Assembly: GCA_043228905.1 (NCBI GenBank)
Contig: JBHGNT010000007.1
Location: forward strand, 13,950,001-14,014,000
Length of the DNA: 64,000 nucleotides
Reading direction: 5' to 3'
Source of the DNA: Azolla caroliniana
Taxonomy: Eukaryota > Plantae > Polypodiophyta
Each line of letters starts with the position of its first letter. Position 1 is the first letter of the stretch. Under the pieces are notes generated by a model. It did no database searches. It was not told where the DNA came from and saw only the letters and a list, made by a program, of their open reading frames with translations. A program made the position numbers and the translations under genes. This document shows, piece after piece, positions 21,200 through 34,381 of this stretch.

Positions 21200-24100
21200 A
21201 TGGCAGCTGCCCCTAAACCTGAAGATAAATCTCATCCCCCTAAGGATCAGCTCGATGGATTCGAATATTGCATCGACTCTAACCCCTCCTGGCGTAAATA
21301 ATCTATCGCTCTCTTCTTCTTCTTCTTCTTCTCTCTCTCTGTCTAATCATTCTCTGTTTGTAATGTATGTGATGCATTTCAGGCTTGTTTCTGTTCAAAT
21401 CAACTTCTTTTCCATGAATTTAATCTCTTATTTCTCTCCGTTCCCCCCCCCCCCCCTTCAAGATGGTTTCTATAGAATGGAATTGATCCTTCCCTCCCTC
21501 TCACTGCTTCTTCTTCTTCTTCTTCTTCTTCTTCTTCTCAATGGATTTTAATTCGTCTCTGTTTTTGCCCAAATGGCTTCTTTCTCACAATGGCTGTCAT
21601 TGATTTCTCTCGATTTCCTTGCAATGGATTTGATTCTGTCTATTTCTCTCCATTGCTGCCCAAATGACTTATTTACAATGGGTTCCATGTGTTCATCTCT
21701 GTCTACTTTCAAATGGTACCTTTTTTACAATGGATTGGATTAATTTCTCTTTGCGTTCTGTTGTTTCAATGGATTTCTTTATGTCCAGTCCTTAAGATTG
21801 TTTAACTCTCAGTCTACTCATCTTCAATTCAACTCAAACTGCTACAGGATTTGATCTTTAGCTCTTGATTGGGATACCAGAGCAGGATCTAATCCAAGCA
21901 GAATGATAGAACAACGCATAATTGTTGCATTTGCATATCCATAACATAGTAGATCTTTCGGTGCTAGAACTCGACCGCCTATTCAAAGAGAATGATATAT
22001 GTCTTAATCCTTCACCACCTCCTTATGTGATATATCTGTTGTTTTATAGGTGTGCATTAATATGATAGATCTTAAAGCGTGGATCCACCATTACCTTTGT
22101 TAATGTTTTACAAATTTCCATGAGATGTTTTGATATAAATAAACAGCTTAACATTCACTTCTAGAGGTGGAAGGTACCTTCCAGTCAGATCTTACAAGGC
22201 AGGATAAGCTCAGCTGACGTAAAATTGAGGGTTTCCTGTTAGTGCTGACCCTCACCTCTAAGGTTTCCGATTTCCAATTTGGTCAAGCAAATTAATCTGC
22301 AACAGATGGATGTTTGCATGTGGAGTATATAGGGTCTAGAACATAGGATTTGTTATGTTTAGGACTGATCTTTGTGGAGTGAGTGAACTTCTTGAGTTGA
22401 GTACATATCATCAACATGCTGAAGATGGAGTTGTTCTTTGCATCGTTAAAAATGAGACCATTTTAGGAATGGGAGTAGGAAGCAAAACGGTTGTGAGTAG
22501 ACCCAAATGGGAATGATGAGAGGTAGCTCAAACAAGGCAATGAGAATTGGGAAAATTGGTTGATAAATGATAAAATAGTGGTTGTTCACTTCATGTTCCG
22601 TTGATATTGAATAGGGCACCCTAATAATATGTCCCATTCATATACACAATTAAAAGTGAATTGATGAGGATCTAGGAAAATTTGGTCAATACTGTGTATC
22701 ATATCATATGAATGCCTTGACTCCTGTCGTTCATTGTTTACTTCTGACAGCTTCTTTTTGTCACAACTCCGGTCTACAGCGCTACATAACTAGCGCAGGT
22801 CTTACTTGACTGGGAAGTTCAGGCTGACCTCTGACTCCAATTATTATGACTAATAGCATACAAATAGTCACACGGATAAGCTTAAAAAACCTTGTGTTAG
22901 TCTAGTATTTGCACAGTGGCATGCCGTAAAGATCTAATGGTTTGAAGACGAGTCACATTAGCACTTATGGTTAATCTGACGATCTTCATTTACCTAAATA
23001 GATATGTATTATGAAATCATTTGCTTATTTTCAATTTTCTATTATCCTAACTCGAATGTTCTGCAGCGGAGGCATTGATTCTGGGTTTTCAACACTACAT
23101 CGTTATGCTTGGAACCACAGTCATGATACCTTCTTTTTTGGTTCCTAGGATGGGGGGGAACAATGTGTGTACATATTATCTATCACAGTCAATTTTCTTA
23201 CCGAAGAACCCCATTTTCTTTTCATTTGTGCTTAACTGAAATTCGAATTCTGACTTGTTTTCAGGATGATAAGGCACAAGTTATTCAAACTCTATTACTC
23301 TCATCGGGCATTAACACTTTGCTACAAACCTTGTTTGGTACCCGATTACCAGCTGTTATGGGTGGCTCATATACTTTTCTCATACCAATACTGACAATAA
23401 TAAACTCTGCATCATTTCAAAGTATTGACAGCGATCAAAAGGTTTGTGTTTGAATGGTGCTTGTGGCGTATCTCAAGATTATGCATTCTCTTTCTCCAGA
23501 ATCCGATGCATTTGATGGGATTGTTCGATCTCACAGAGATTTTTGAGCACAATGCAAGCTATACAAGGTGCGCTGATAACATCCTCAAGTGTGCAGATTA
23601 TACTTGGATTTAGTGGATTGTGGGGCATTGCAACAAGGTGATAATCTTTTTTTTCTTTTTTTTCTTTCAGTTGATTGCTTCATCATCATTATTGGATATT
23701 TATGCACCTTCCATTCTTTTTAACGTTCAATACCTTTGGTTTCAGATTTATGAGCCCACTAGGCTCTGCACCAGCGATCGCTTTAGTAGGCCTTGGATTA
23801 TACGAATTAGGGTTTCCTGGAGTAAGAAATACATTATTTTTGCCTTTCCAATATTTTAGTATGCAGCATAACTTGTATGTACCTCCTTGTCCTTCCATAC
23901 GCATACCTAACATGATCTAAGTAGATCTCAATACTTTTTTATATTGTATGTTGCATTGTTGCGTTTTTACGGTATGTCTTCATAATATGTATGTATGAGA
24001 TCATTCAATCTGGCATGAATAGAATGACTTTCCTGTTTCTTCGACTCAAGATGTATATATATTCTTCGATTCTCGTTAATTATTTATGTGGAAACCAATC

Positions 24101-27100
24101 TTTGAAGTGCATCTCAAGTTATTACTTCCCGTGAAAGCCAAGGATTTTGAACCGAAGTTCTTGCTACACATTTAAATTTTGTATTCATGTCAAATATTCA
24201 TGATATCCACTAAATTCAGTTTGTTGAAGTTAATGGAGTCTCTTTATGATCACATTTGCTGCATTAATATTAATTGATGAAGTCACAACTTTCATACTCA
24301 TTCATTTGCATGCAGAAGTCGCATGTTTCATTTGAGAAGAACTCTTTTGGTTGCCAAATAAATTTTGTTTTTTTCAGGTTGCAAAGTGTGTTGAAATTGG
24401 CCTGTTGGAGTTCCTCTTGCTTATTGCGATTGCCTTGGTAATCAACCAAAATTTCCCGAATCATATATATCTCATTTCTATTTTATACATTAGGGTTTGT
24501 GTCATGCTCTAATAGAATCGCACATGTATTGGCAAACAAATCTCAATGCTCATGCTTATATTTCTCTCTTTCGAATGGTGTGTTATAATTAGTATCTGAG
24601 ATCTCGATATTTGTGCTTATGTATATTTGAATTGTGTATCATGTATTAGTATCTGAGGCAAGTTGGATCAAAGAAGTTGTTGATATTCGAGCGTATGCCT
24701 ATATTACTTTCGGTGCCAATCATCTGGGCATTTGCACATATATTAACGGTGGGCGGGGCTTACAATAATGTTCCTACCAAGACAAAAATTCATTGCCGTA
24801 CAGATGAATCCAATTTAATATCTTCCACACCCTGGTGAGTAAAAGATTTTGTTTTGCATCATGTCTATGAAATTCAGTGAATTTATCTCATTCATCTGAC
24901 ACTCTTCAAAAAATTAAAGCCCTTTTGTCCCAATTAACTCTAAAATTATTTATCTATAACTTCAATACAGGCACTTCCTTTCAGTTTCATTTTTCATGAA
25001 CTTTAGTGTGGGTAGGAGGATCAAGGTATGGTTTGGCCTTTTCAAATTTCTAAAGTCCAAAGTTCTATCATTTTTCCAGGATAAGGGTACCTTATCCTCT
25101 GCAATGGGGAGCTCCTTCTTTTGATGCTGGCCACACGTTCGCGATGATGGCGGCTGTTCTCGCTGCTCTTATCGAGGTATATTTGCAATATGTGTGTCAC
25201 CCATGTAGATCATATAACGTCGATTTTTTTCTTTGCAGTGACAATAATGTTGTTATAATGTGCAGTTGTTTACTCAGTACCAATGTGGTTATTATGTGTT
25301 TTTTGACAGTTTGTAATGATATCACTGTGTAGCTCTTATTATGTGCATTTTTTAAACTATTTAACTCTATATTAATGTAGCATTATGTGTTTTCTTGAAC
25401 CCTTGGAAATCTATATTTTTTGTAAATATAGTGTGGTGTTAACCTTTTTAAACCCAATAATGCAGTTACTATGTGTGTTTTTGAAATTTTAAAAACAATG
25501 ATGTAGTTTACTGGTGGTTATATCTTGCAGTCCACTGCAGCTTTTTTGGCGGTTTCCCGTCTTTCTAGTGCTACAATACCACCCCAATATGTGTTGAGCA
25601 GAGGTTCTGGGTGGCAGGTAATTTAGACTATGGAAAAACAACAAAACTCTACATTTTTAGGGATATCTACCAGAATACTTGCTGTCATCAGACGAACTTT
25701 TACTTAATTACTTACCAAACTTAATACACAATAATTATACACAAGACACCACGATGGCAATAATAATCCCTCTATTATTCTCAAGTTGGATCTATGAATA
25801 TATTGCTTTGCACATGTGTATGTACTTTCCAAAATGAGATTCCCATGAGCATGCTAATATGCTACACCTTTTGCAATCTTAACCTCGTGCATTGGTTTTG
25901 TAAAATATTTTCTAGCATATTTGTAATGGTATATAAGCTGTGTTTTTTTGTCTTCTTATATTCCCAGGGTGTTGCCATATTACTGAATGGTGCATTCGGC
26001 ACGTCTACTGGTGCTACTGTTTCAGTGTATGAATTCTGCTAAAAAAAGCATGTACTTTCTATGAGCCAAGATGATTTCCTACTCAATATGCATGTTCGAC
26101 TAAATTTGACTGCAATATCAAAAAAATCATATTGTATTATAACTTGGTTTTGCAAAATCACGCAGTGAGAATGCTGGTCTTCTTGGCGTGACTCGTGTAG
26201 GGAGCAGAAGGGTTACACAAATTGCAGCAGGATATATGATCTTCTTTTCCGTATTGGGTGAGTTTCTGTGAAATCAATGTAGTTTTTGTTTGAAGAGAAA
26301 AAACAAAGAAGGAAACTACGAAAAAAAATATCCAGAATAGAAAGCAACTAAAGAGATAATGTCAAGGAATGTTCTTTGATGTTAGCTAGGTATATCTCAA
26401 AATTTGTTTTTGTGTTTCTCAGGAAAATTTGGTGCTTTTTTTGCATCCATTCCATTCCCTATATTTTCAGCCATCTATTGTGTATTATATGGGATTGTTG
26501 GTAACTGAATCTTGCTCTATCTTTATCGAAATCATGGCTCCGATTTTAACGAAAAACCTAACTAAACAAAGGTTTTGCAATGCCTTATCTTTTGTGTTTC
26601 ATGTTGCAGCTGCCACTGGTGTTTCATTCCTTCAGTTTGTTAATGTGAATTCGATTAGGTCCATGTTCATATTTGGTATTGCTCTCTTCATGGGTATTTC
26701 GGTGCCGCAATATTTCTCAGAGTATACAGCTAATGCTGGCCATGGCCCTGCTGATACCAATGCCAGATGGGTATATCTTTATCTTTTACGTACCTTCACA
26801 TATAGCATAGTGCATTCTTTTGTATTCAAATAGGAACAAAATATTCAGATGTATGCATAGAAGTTATACATAAAAGCTTTAAGGTAGTTCATATATATCA
26901 CTCGATGACTTTCAAATTGTATATAAGTTTAATATTTTAGCTGGATAGTATTCAATAATTTCAGTGGTGTATATACACACACACATACACATAAATATAC
27001 GCACAAAGGTTAGATGTTTGCTTGATATGGTTACGTTCATTGAACTCAAATTTAAGTTCAATAATTATTCATTGTATTTGGCTTACATATCCATATTGAT

Positions 27101-27342
27101 TCCTGGGTCTGGATTGAATTGGTTGGCAGTTCAATGATATAATTGATACTCTCTTCTCGTCATCTGTGACGGTGGCATTTATCGTGGCGATTGTATTGGA
27201 TAACTCATATCACGTGAAGGAGTCGAAGAAGGATAGGGGCATGCCATGGTGGGACAACTTTCGGTCATTTAAAAAGGATAGTCGGAGTGAAGAGTTTTAC
27301 TCGCTCCCCTTCCAACTTCAAAGATTCTTCCCGACAAATTGA
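21200..27342 (+). CDS. NAT: Nucleobase-ascorbate transporter (NAT/NCS2, NAT1/NAT2-like), 14 exons, 525 aa
   Basis: Exons 21200-21293, 23067-23164, 23265-23441, 23537-23637, 23746-23821, 24378-24437, 24650-24834, 25080-25176, 25531-25617, 25968-26026, 26166-26257, 26423-26500, 26610-26770, 27130-27342. All introns GT-AG; total 1578 nt in frame. Motifs EYCIDSNPSW, LGFQHY, GTRLP, NAT signature ENAGLLGVTRVGSRR, DRGMPWW, EEFYSLPF. Confidence 0.96.
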
Positions 27343-30040
27343 TGTATTCTCGTATCGATACAACATTATCGAGTATCTGAACCCACGATATCCTTCTTTC
27401 TCGCCCTTTTGCCATTGACTTTCTTGTAACAATCTGATTTTGTTTCTTCTTTTCGATTGAACTGTCATATATATATTCATATTTATATACACATGTTGAG
27501 TTCTAATGGAATAAGTTCTATTAACCAAATCAGTTGCATGTATTTAATATTAAACCCATTTCCTTCTAGTTTTGTTTAAACTAGTAGCGATCTTGGAGTC
27601 AATGAATTTTTTTGAGAGCCCCCAAGGTGGGTCCCCACCCTAGACTTCTACACAAAAATGTCAGATTATATCTAGTAGAAAAGCTTGGAAATAATTGTGC
27701 TCCTAACTACACTAGGTGATGGTAGTGAATACCACATTTGGACAAACTGGCAATGATTCAAAAAATGATGATTGCTCTCAATAAGGAATTGGAAAAGTTC
27801 AAACATATTTTGTGAAGAACGTAAAGAACCATATGTATGGAGAGCTTATTATGATCAATCATGTATGTGGAGATATATGTATCCAAAAGGCTTGCTTTTG
27901 TAGCCTATGTCAATGCAATGATTGTTAGGAAACTATCTTGGTACATTACTTCACTATTTGTTTGAAACGTTGTGTGCTAGGATGAATAGAGAAGCCTTAT
28001 AAATTTGGTCATTTATTTGAAAAGAGTGTAATAATGCATTGTCCCTCAACATTGTATTCGATGTAATACTCAATTGTTACCACGATGGATCCCATAGGAT
28101 AGGTCACAAATAGATTGTCATGAAGAATTATATGTCTACAATTTTTGTTTTGATCATAAGGGAAATCAAATTTCTATAATTGTTAATGTGCGGACCAAGT
28201 CACTATCCCCATATTTGTTTAGATCAATTTGCTTGATTGGGCCCTCCATGTCAAATTTGGGTGCCTTATTCTTGTTTGTTTAAGAGTCATGTCAATCTCT
28301 TTTCTTTTCATTTCATTGTCAAAACCTCCAAAATTCTCTTTCTCACGTCAAACTTTTCTCGTTTTTGACCATATGAGCTTACTTGCCCATATATTTTCCA
28401 TCATTGAAATAGAATGCCCCATTGCCGTATCGATCTCTTATCTCATCACTCCTTTTGTTAGGAAAGATGCACTGATCACAAAAATGTTGATGAGTGTAAC
28501 TAAAGTTAACCACAAACACTAATTATAGTAATTGGTCTTAATTTACTATGATGCAATCCTAATTAGCATTGTGGTTATTGTGCATCCATCCTCATGAATG
28601 GTCGATTTTGGGGACGAATGATTTTGCAAAATATTAAATATACGATTCTAAGTAAGTGGGCTTATATCTACTTTTTGACTATGAGGCACAATGTGATAAA
28701 AATTTCAAATAGTAAAGGTGGGATTGATTCATATCTTCGTACGGGGGTAATATTTTATAGTTTACCTAAAAAGTTAATAGGCAACGCACATGGGTTTCCA
28801 GCAATTTGTGAACATCAAATGTTCAACACAAAATGGAGGACGCGTGATAGACACATTCAATCTACTTGTCAAATTGAAGTTTGAGTTGTATTGTTACCAA
28901 CTTAACGCCTATCATACTCTATTTTGCGAGACACACAAACCGCACATTGGAAAATATAGAGGCATTCAATATAATATGGTATAACATTCCTACCCACTCA
29001 CAAAGGGGGGGGGGGGGCATGAAGAAAAGGGCAAACTTTTACATCAAGAAAGATCTATATTTCTTGTTTCCTTGTTTTCTTCTAGGAATAGTAATATACC
29101 TACTCGTATGTCGAAGCAAGGATATTCACCTCCACATGTGAAATGCAAAATCCAAATCCCTTGGGATTTGGAGGCAAGAATATCCATCTTATGCAAAGAG
29201 AAGGTGAACCAATAACACATTGTTGAAAGAGAGGATACAAAGCAAACCCACTGGGAGAACACGCACACACGCACACACACAAAAAGAGACACAAAAGTGT
29301 GACCTTGAAGAATAGCCTTGCATGGATACCATGGGGATCATAAATAATGGACGATTCTTAAAGGTGGCAACATGCAAATCACACGATAGGAAAACAGATG
29401 GATAGAAGGTATGTGTCAGAGAAAAAAATAAATCATCATCATCATAATAGGGGTAACGATTTCTTGCAATGTCATAGTCATACATGTTAATAGCTTTTTT
29501 GGTGGTAAAAATTATGGAATCATCATCCCATGTGATCAACTCGTTCGGCAACAAATGTTGGTAGTTTTAGGTAATGTGAAAACTATGTTATTATGTCCAC
29601 ACCACAACATTTGGGTGAATCTACTAAAATCCCCTACGATGACATATATGGTTTAGCACGTATCTATAGCTCTCTATGACCTATGGTTCCCAAATTAGGG
29701 CGTATATATAGCATGATTGTGGATTCGGTACCATATTAAAGAATAAATTGTGAATGTTTTCTTTTACGACGCATCTCTACTTGGATCGTTCAATAGATCG
29801 GATCATCGGTTCTTTGAAACTTGTGGATCGAGAACCGGACATGGATGTCGTTAAATGTTGCACCGAATCGGCCGCACATAAGGCAATGCTTCTCCACTCT
29901 TGCATGAGTTGCCGTCAGAGTTTGGAGGTTCCCGATAAAAAAATAGACAAATGACAGGGAGAGGGCTCCGACGTGATTCAAAACCAGGACCGAATCATCA
30001 TCATCATTACATATACATTATGTATATATGGATCATGTTG

Positions 30041-30123
30041 ATGTATGTATTTATGTATGTATGTATGTATGTATGTATGTATGTATGTATGTACGTATGT
30101 ATGTATGTATGTATGTATGTATG
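30041..30123. repeat. (ATGT)n tetranucleotide microsatellite
   Basis: About 20 tandem ATGT units with two substitutions. Confidence 0.95.
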
Positions 30124-30231
30124 GTTTCTATCCTAATTAATCCATCCATCAATTGGTAGACTATAGTCATAAGGAAATTAACAGGGGACAAAAAAAGAAA
30201 TAACAACAAATGTAGAAAACAGAGGAAAGAG

Positions 30232-30468
30232 ATGATGAAGAAGACACAGAAAGAAGAAGCAAAAGCTGATGAAACGAAGAAGAATGAAATGAAGAAACAG
30301 AATGTGAGAGAGAGAGAGAGAGAGAGAGGAAATGGTGTATTATTGGAGTATGTATGTAATTGATTGATGGTTATGGAGCCACTCGCAGCATTTCGAAGGT
30401 CCTGCTCAATGCCATCGTCAGAGGCGGAGCGAAGCTCTTGAACTGTCTCTCTCTATGTGGAGGAGAAG
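30232..30468 (+). CDS. Candidate first coding exon region of the epimerase-family gene (unresolved)
   Basis: ATG 30232 opens MMKKTQKEEAK...GNG with a weak phase-1 donor after 30334. A second phase-1 donor after 30468 ends an ATG-less frame. Either phase fits the acceptor at 31547. Confidence 0.3.
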
Positions 30469-31546
30469 GTAGAGAGCTCCAAAATCTCTTTCTCTCTCCC
30501 TCCTTCATCGCATTTTGAGAATTTCGTCGCGTCACTTTGCTCTTTCTTTTAATTTCTGCTCGTCAATGCTGATTTATTTCTCAGAAACTCTTTTTTCATA
30601 AGAGAGTTTGTTGATGGGAATCACTACTCATTACAAGGAATTCTCATGCTTCTAAATGAAGATCTTTTCAATATAGGGGAGTTGTGGTTTTGCAAGCATC
30701 TGCTTTTGTCTGGTGATCCTAGCATCTGTAATGCAAAAAATCTGCATCATCGCCAATGCATTTTCGTCATGAATGATGATTTATTTTAGACATTCTCTTT
30801 GTATTATCTGCTTATTCTGATTATTCTAGAGATAGAGTAACTGTAAAACTATGTAGTCATTCTGTCATACACATCCAATGTGCACTAATTCAGGTTTATT
30901 TCTGGTATTTTCGGATGTATATCATCGTGAAATATGATAGACCTATGGTAAAAACAAAGTCTTGCCATTAAGTTTAAGTATAAAAACCTCCCAAACGTTA
31001 AGATTCAATAGACAATGATTAATGACAAGAAAATTCATGAATGTAGATAATAACTTTTCCAAGATCCTAATAGAATCATTCAAAATTATAAATACTAGAA
31101 TTCCTCTTAACTTTGGGTGCAGATTTTTTAATCAACATGTGATGAATGATCAGAATAACAACATTGTCGTAATACCAATGGCCTTTGCTGAACATTCCCC
31201 AGGATATCTGCTGTTTGTCTGATTGTGCATCGAATGTATAAACACAAGATGTATCATTTATGACATTTCTTTTATTTTCATATTGTAGATATTTTGCATG
31301 AAGTTGATAGTATCCTTTGAAGGCATTTTTTCTTGCTTTTTGTATGAGATGCAATACTTAAGTATATTTCCTCGCTTATCATGCTTCAAATATTTTCCAT
31401 GTAGTTGTGGGTATCTTTGAATTTTGAAAAATTGATTCGCATCTGCATAATTGTACATGAAAACTAAGTTGTGAAATCTTGAATTTAGAAATCTTTTGAA
31501 TTATCATGGTTCATCTTGCTGTAATGTATTAGAAATCCTGTTGCAG

Positions 31547-34381
31547 GCTTTATACAAAGCTTTCCAAAGCATGAACTTGACCTGGTGAAAGATCCATCTG
31601 GTTTGGATGCTCTTATTTTAAGGAATCCAGAAGGTGCTTCAGCAGTAGTAAGTCATCCATGCAATTTGTTGTTATTGTATATGTTCGAAATTGGTTTTTC
31701 TGACGTAGTTGATTTGGTATGTGATGCATTCCCCTTTTTCATATGACAAAGCACTTTTGCATACAAGTTCCATTGCTATGATCTATCCCTTGGATGATTC
31801 AAATTTTTTTTCAGTGTACTTACTGATTTCTTTATCGAGTTTCCTTCTCAGTGATGCAAGTTATCTTTTGTACTCTCAATTTCCGGCCACCCACATTGGA
31901 TATATTTGGCACTAGCCTACCATAGTCGAATGTAAAAATCTAGTAATTAGAAGAAAATGCATAGAGCTCTATGCATATGTTAATAAACGAGGAAAAGTTC
32001 TAAAGCAGCAAGTTTAATGGTCTTACTTGGGTAATATCCAGAAAAAATACAGTAAAAACATTATTGTGGAATTTCCCTCGCATACACAGTTTGTATAGGC
32101 AAAGTACATGGTCTTTAGTTATTTTCACTTTAACAGTAAGCAACAAGAGGTAGTAGATCTAATCATAATCAATGTAGTAGATGTAATCATGATCAACATT
32201 CCTGTAGGTATATCTATATGGTGGACAAGTTATGAGCTGGAAGAACACCCATGGAGAGGAGCTATTATTTTTTAGCACTGGTAGTGAGGTATTGTCTAGC
32301 TTTTTTTCTGAACCTCTGGCTTAAGTGTAACGTGATGGCTCAGTTGTAACCTTTGATCCTTTCCTGAATGCTAACACATCAGACATGGGGGTAAATAGCA
32401 TATAATTTTAGAGTTACATTTTTTTATTTAACAGCCTTCGCCTTCTCTTGGCTGTCTGCTATATAACGATTCAATTATAATCTTATACCCCTCCTTATGC
32501 TTGAATGCCAACTGCTGTTTCAATACTATACATTAAACAGAGTGTCATTAAGCTACTCGACGGCAATTTTGTCTAGTTTAACATATCCACTGTTTCTAAG
32601 GTGCAATTAACATTTTGAGGTTTTTGGATGTAACTTGTTGATGCTGTCTTTACAGGAGTCTTTTGACATACCAAAGGTTGTCAGAGGAGGGATACAGATG
32701 TGCTTTCCTCAGGTTATTTATGTGAAATTTTTGTCATTATTGATTGATGATTAAAGCTATAGCTTTTCACCACAATTGGAAGAGACTATGGTAGATTTGT
32801 GTATGTCTTTCAGCAAGCCACCTTCCTAGGAATAAAACACAAATAAGATGTATACTTGGCCATGGGTCAAATTTGGCCTTCTCATGTGGAGATATGATAG
32901 TTGATTTACAGATGTACACCACAAGTAGTAACCATTACATTCTTTCAGTTGGGTGATTTAGGCTCTTTGGAACACCATGGTCTAGCAAGGTGTCATTATT
33001 GGGGTATTGATCCTAATCCACCACCACCACCTGACAATGGTATTAAGTCCTTTGTTGATCTCATTTTGATCTCTTCAGACAAGGATACGAATATGGAAGC
33101 ATGGCCACATATGTAAGTATGGTCATAATATGTATGCATGCATATGGGTAAAACACCGAAGTGACTGTTCCTTTTTTGAATGTTTTCCAAAATCGCTATA
33201 GTAAATTTAGTGCTGGGGAGGGATACTTGGGTAATGTTTTGGAACATAGTGTATACTGGTTCTGGTAAATAGCCAACAAGTTGGTGCATTTTGGTGTCTA
33301 TAATATATATATATATATATATATATTCATTCATTCCATTAAAACTTATTTCGTCATGTTGTCCTGACTGTTTCTTGTTCTGTTGATCAGCTTTGAGCTT
33401 AGACTCCGTGTGACTTTAGGAGCTACTAGTCTTATGCTCGTCTCCAGGATCAGGAACACTGATAGCCGGCCTATGCCCTTCACTTTTGCTCTGCAAACAT
33501 ATCTGTATGTTTCAGACATCAGGTAATTTGATTCTTGCTATAAATTCCTAGATAATAAGTATCCTTGATGTTTTCAAAATCTCCCTCAAGAAAGAGAGAT
33601 GCAATTTGTATGAAGTTATGCAATTAAAAATTAATAAACTAATCATTTTATTAAATTCCGATATAATAATTCTATTAGTTTAATCAAATTCCTGATAAAA
33701 TCTCTAATCTTCCATTTTCACTGCATCAGAGGCATTTTTTGCATTTTTCACTAAATACTAAATACACCCTGTTTTGTCCAATAGTGATGTCCGAATTGAA
33801 GGGCTTGAAACAAGTGAGTATTTCAATAACTTGCAAAAAAAGCAACGTTTCATTGAGCATGGAGATGCAGTGACCTTTGATTCAGAGGTTTTTATCTATA
33901 AGAGAAAAGTTGGCTGCTTCATTATTGTCGCTTCTCAAAATTGTAAATTTTAAGAGTTTGGTGGAATCTTCCATTTTCAGATTGATAGAATTTATCTTGG
34001 CACGCCAGCGAATGTTGTTGTCATAGACCACGAAAAAAAAAGAACATTCGTGATAAGGAAAAATGGGCTTCCAGATGCAGGTAAAAATGTTTATGAGGCC
34101 GTCTTTGTTTGGGATGATATTTACATGAATCTACTGATCATTTGTTTCACACTTTCATTAATCTTGTAGTATTGTGGAATCCATGGCGTAAAAGATGTAG
34201 AAAGATAGCTGATCTTGGTGATGAAGACTATAAAAGGATGTTATGTATTGGTGCAGCAGTTAGTGAGAACCCCATCATTCTCCTGCCAGGTGAAGAATGG
34301 CAAGGTTTGCAAGAAATTGTAGAAGTTCCCTCTAGCTATTGCAGTGGGCAACTAGAATCTTGTAGTTCATTCGATGAATAA
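31547..34381 (+). CDS. Glucose-6-phosphate 1-epimerase-like protein (aldose 1-epimerase/galactose mutarotase superfamily), last 8 exons
   Basis: Exons 31547-31647, 32208-32288, 32656-32712, 32949-33112, 33391-33522, 33785-33887, 33981-34080, 34170-34381, all GT-AG and in frame. Motifs LYGGQVMSWKN..GEELLF, RGGIQMCFPQ, HGLAR, FELRLRV, IDRIYL, DHEKKRTF, GLPDAVLWNPW, VPSSYCSGQL. Confidence 0.93.

Noticed and set aside
20696-21551. ORFs with poly-Ser, poly-Tyr, poly-Leu and (RE)n
   Set aside because: Microsatellite translations around NAT exon 1.
27600-29700. Possible decayed coding remnants between the two genes (e.g. ORF 29189-29554); similar impression at 19200-19860 and 34950-35950
   Set aside because: No motif I can name and frequent stops; needs tblastx/HMM searches.
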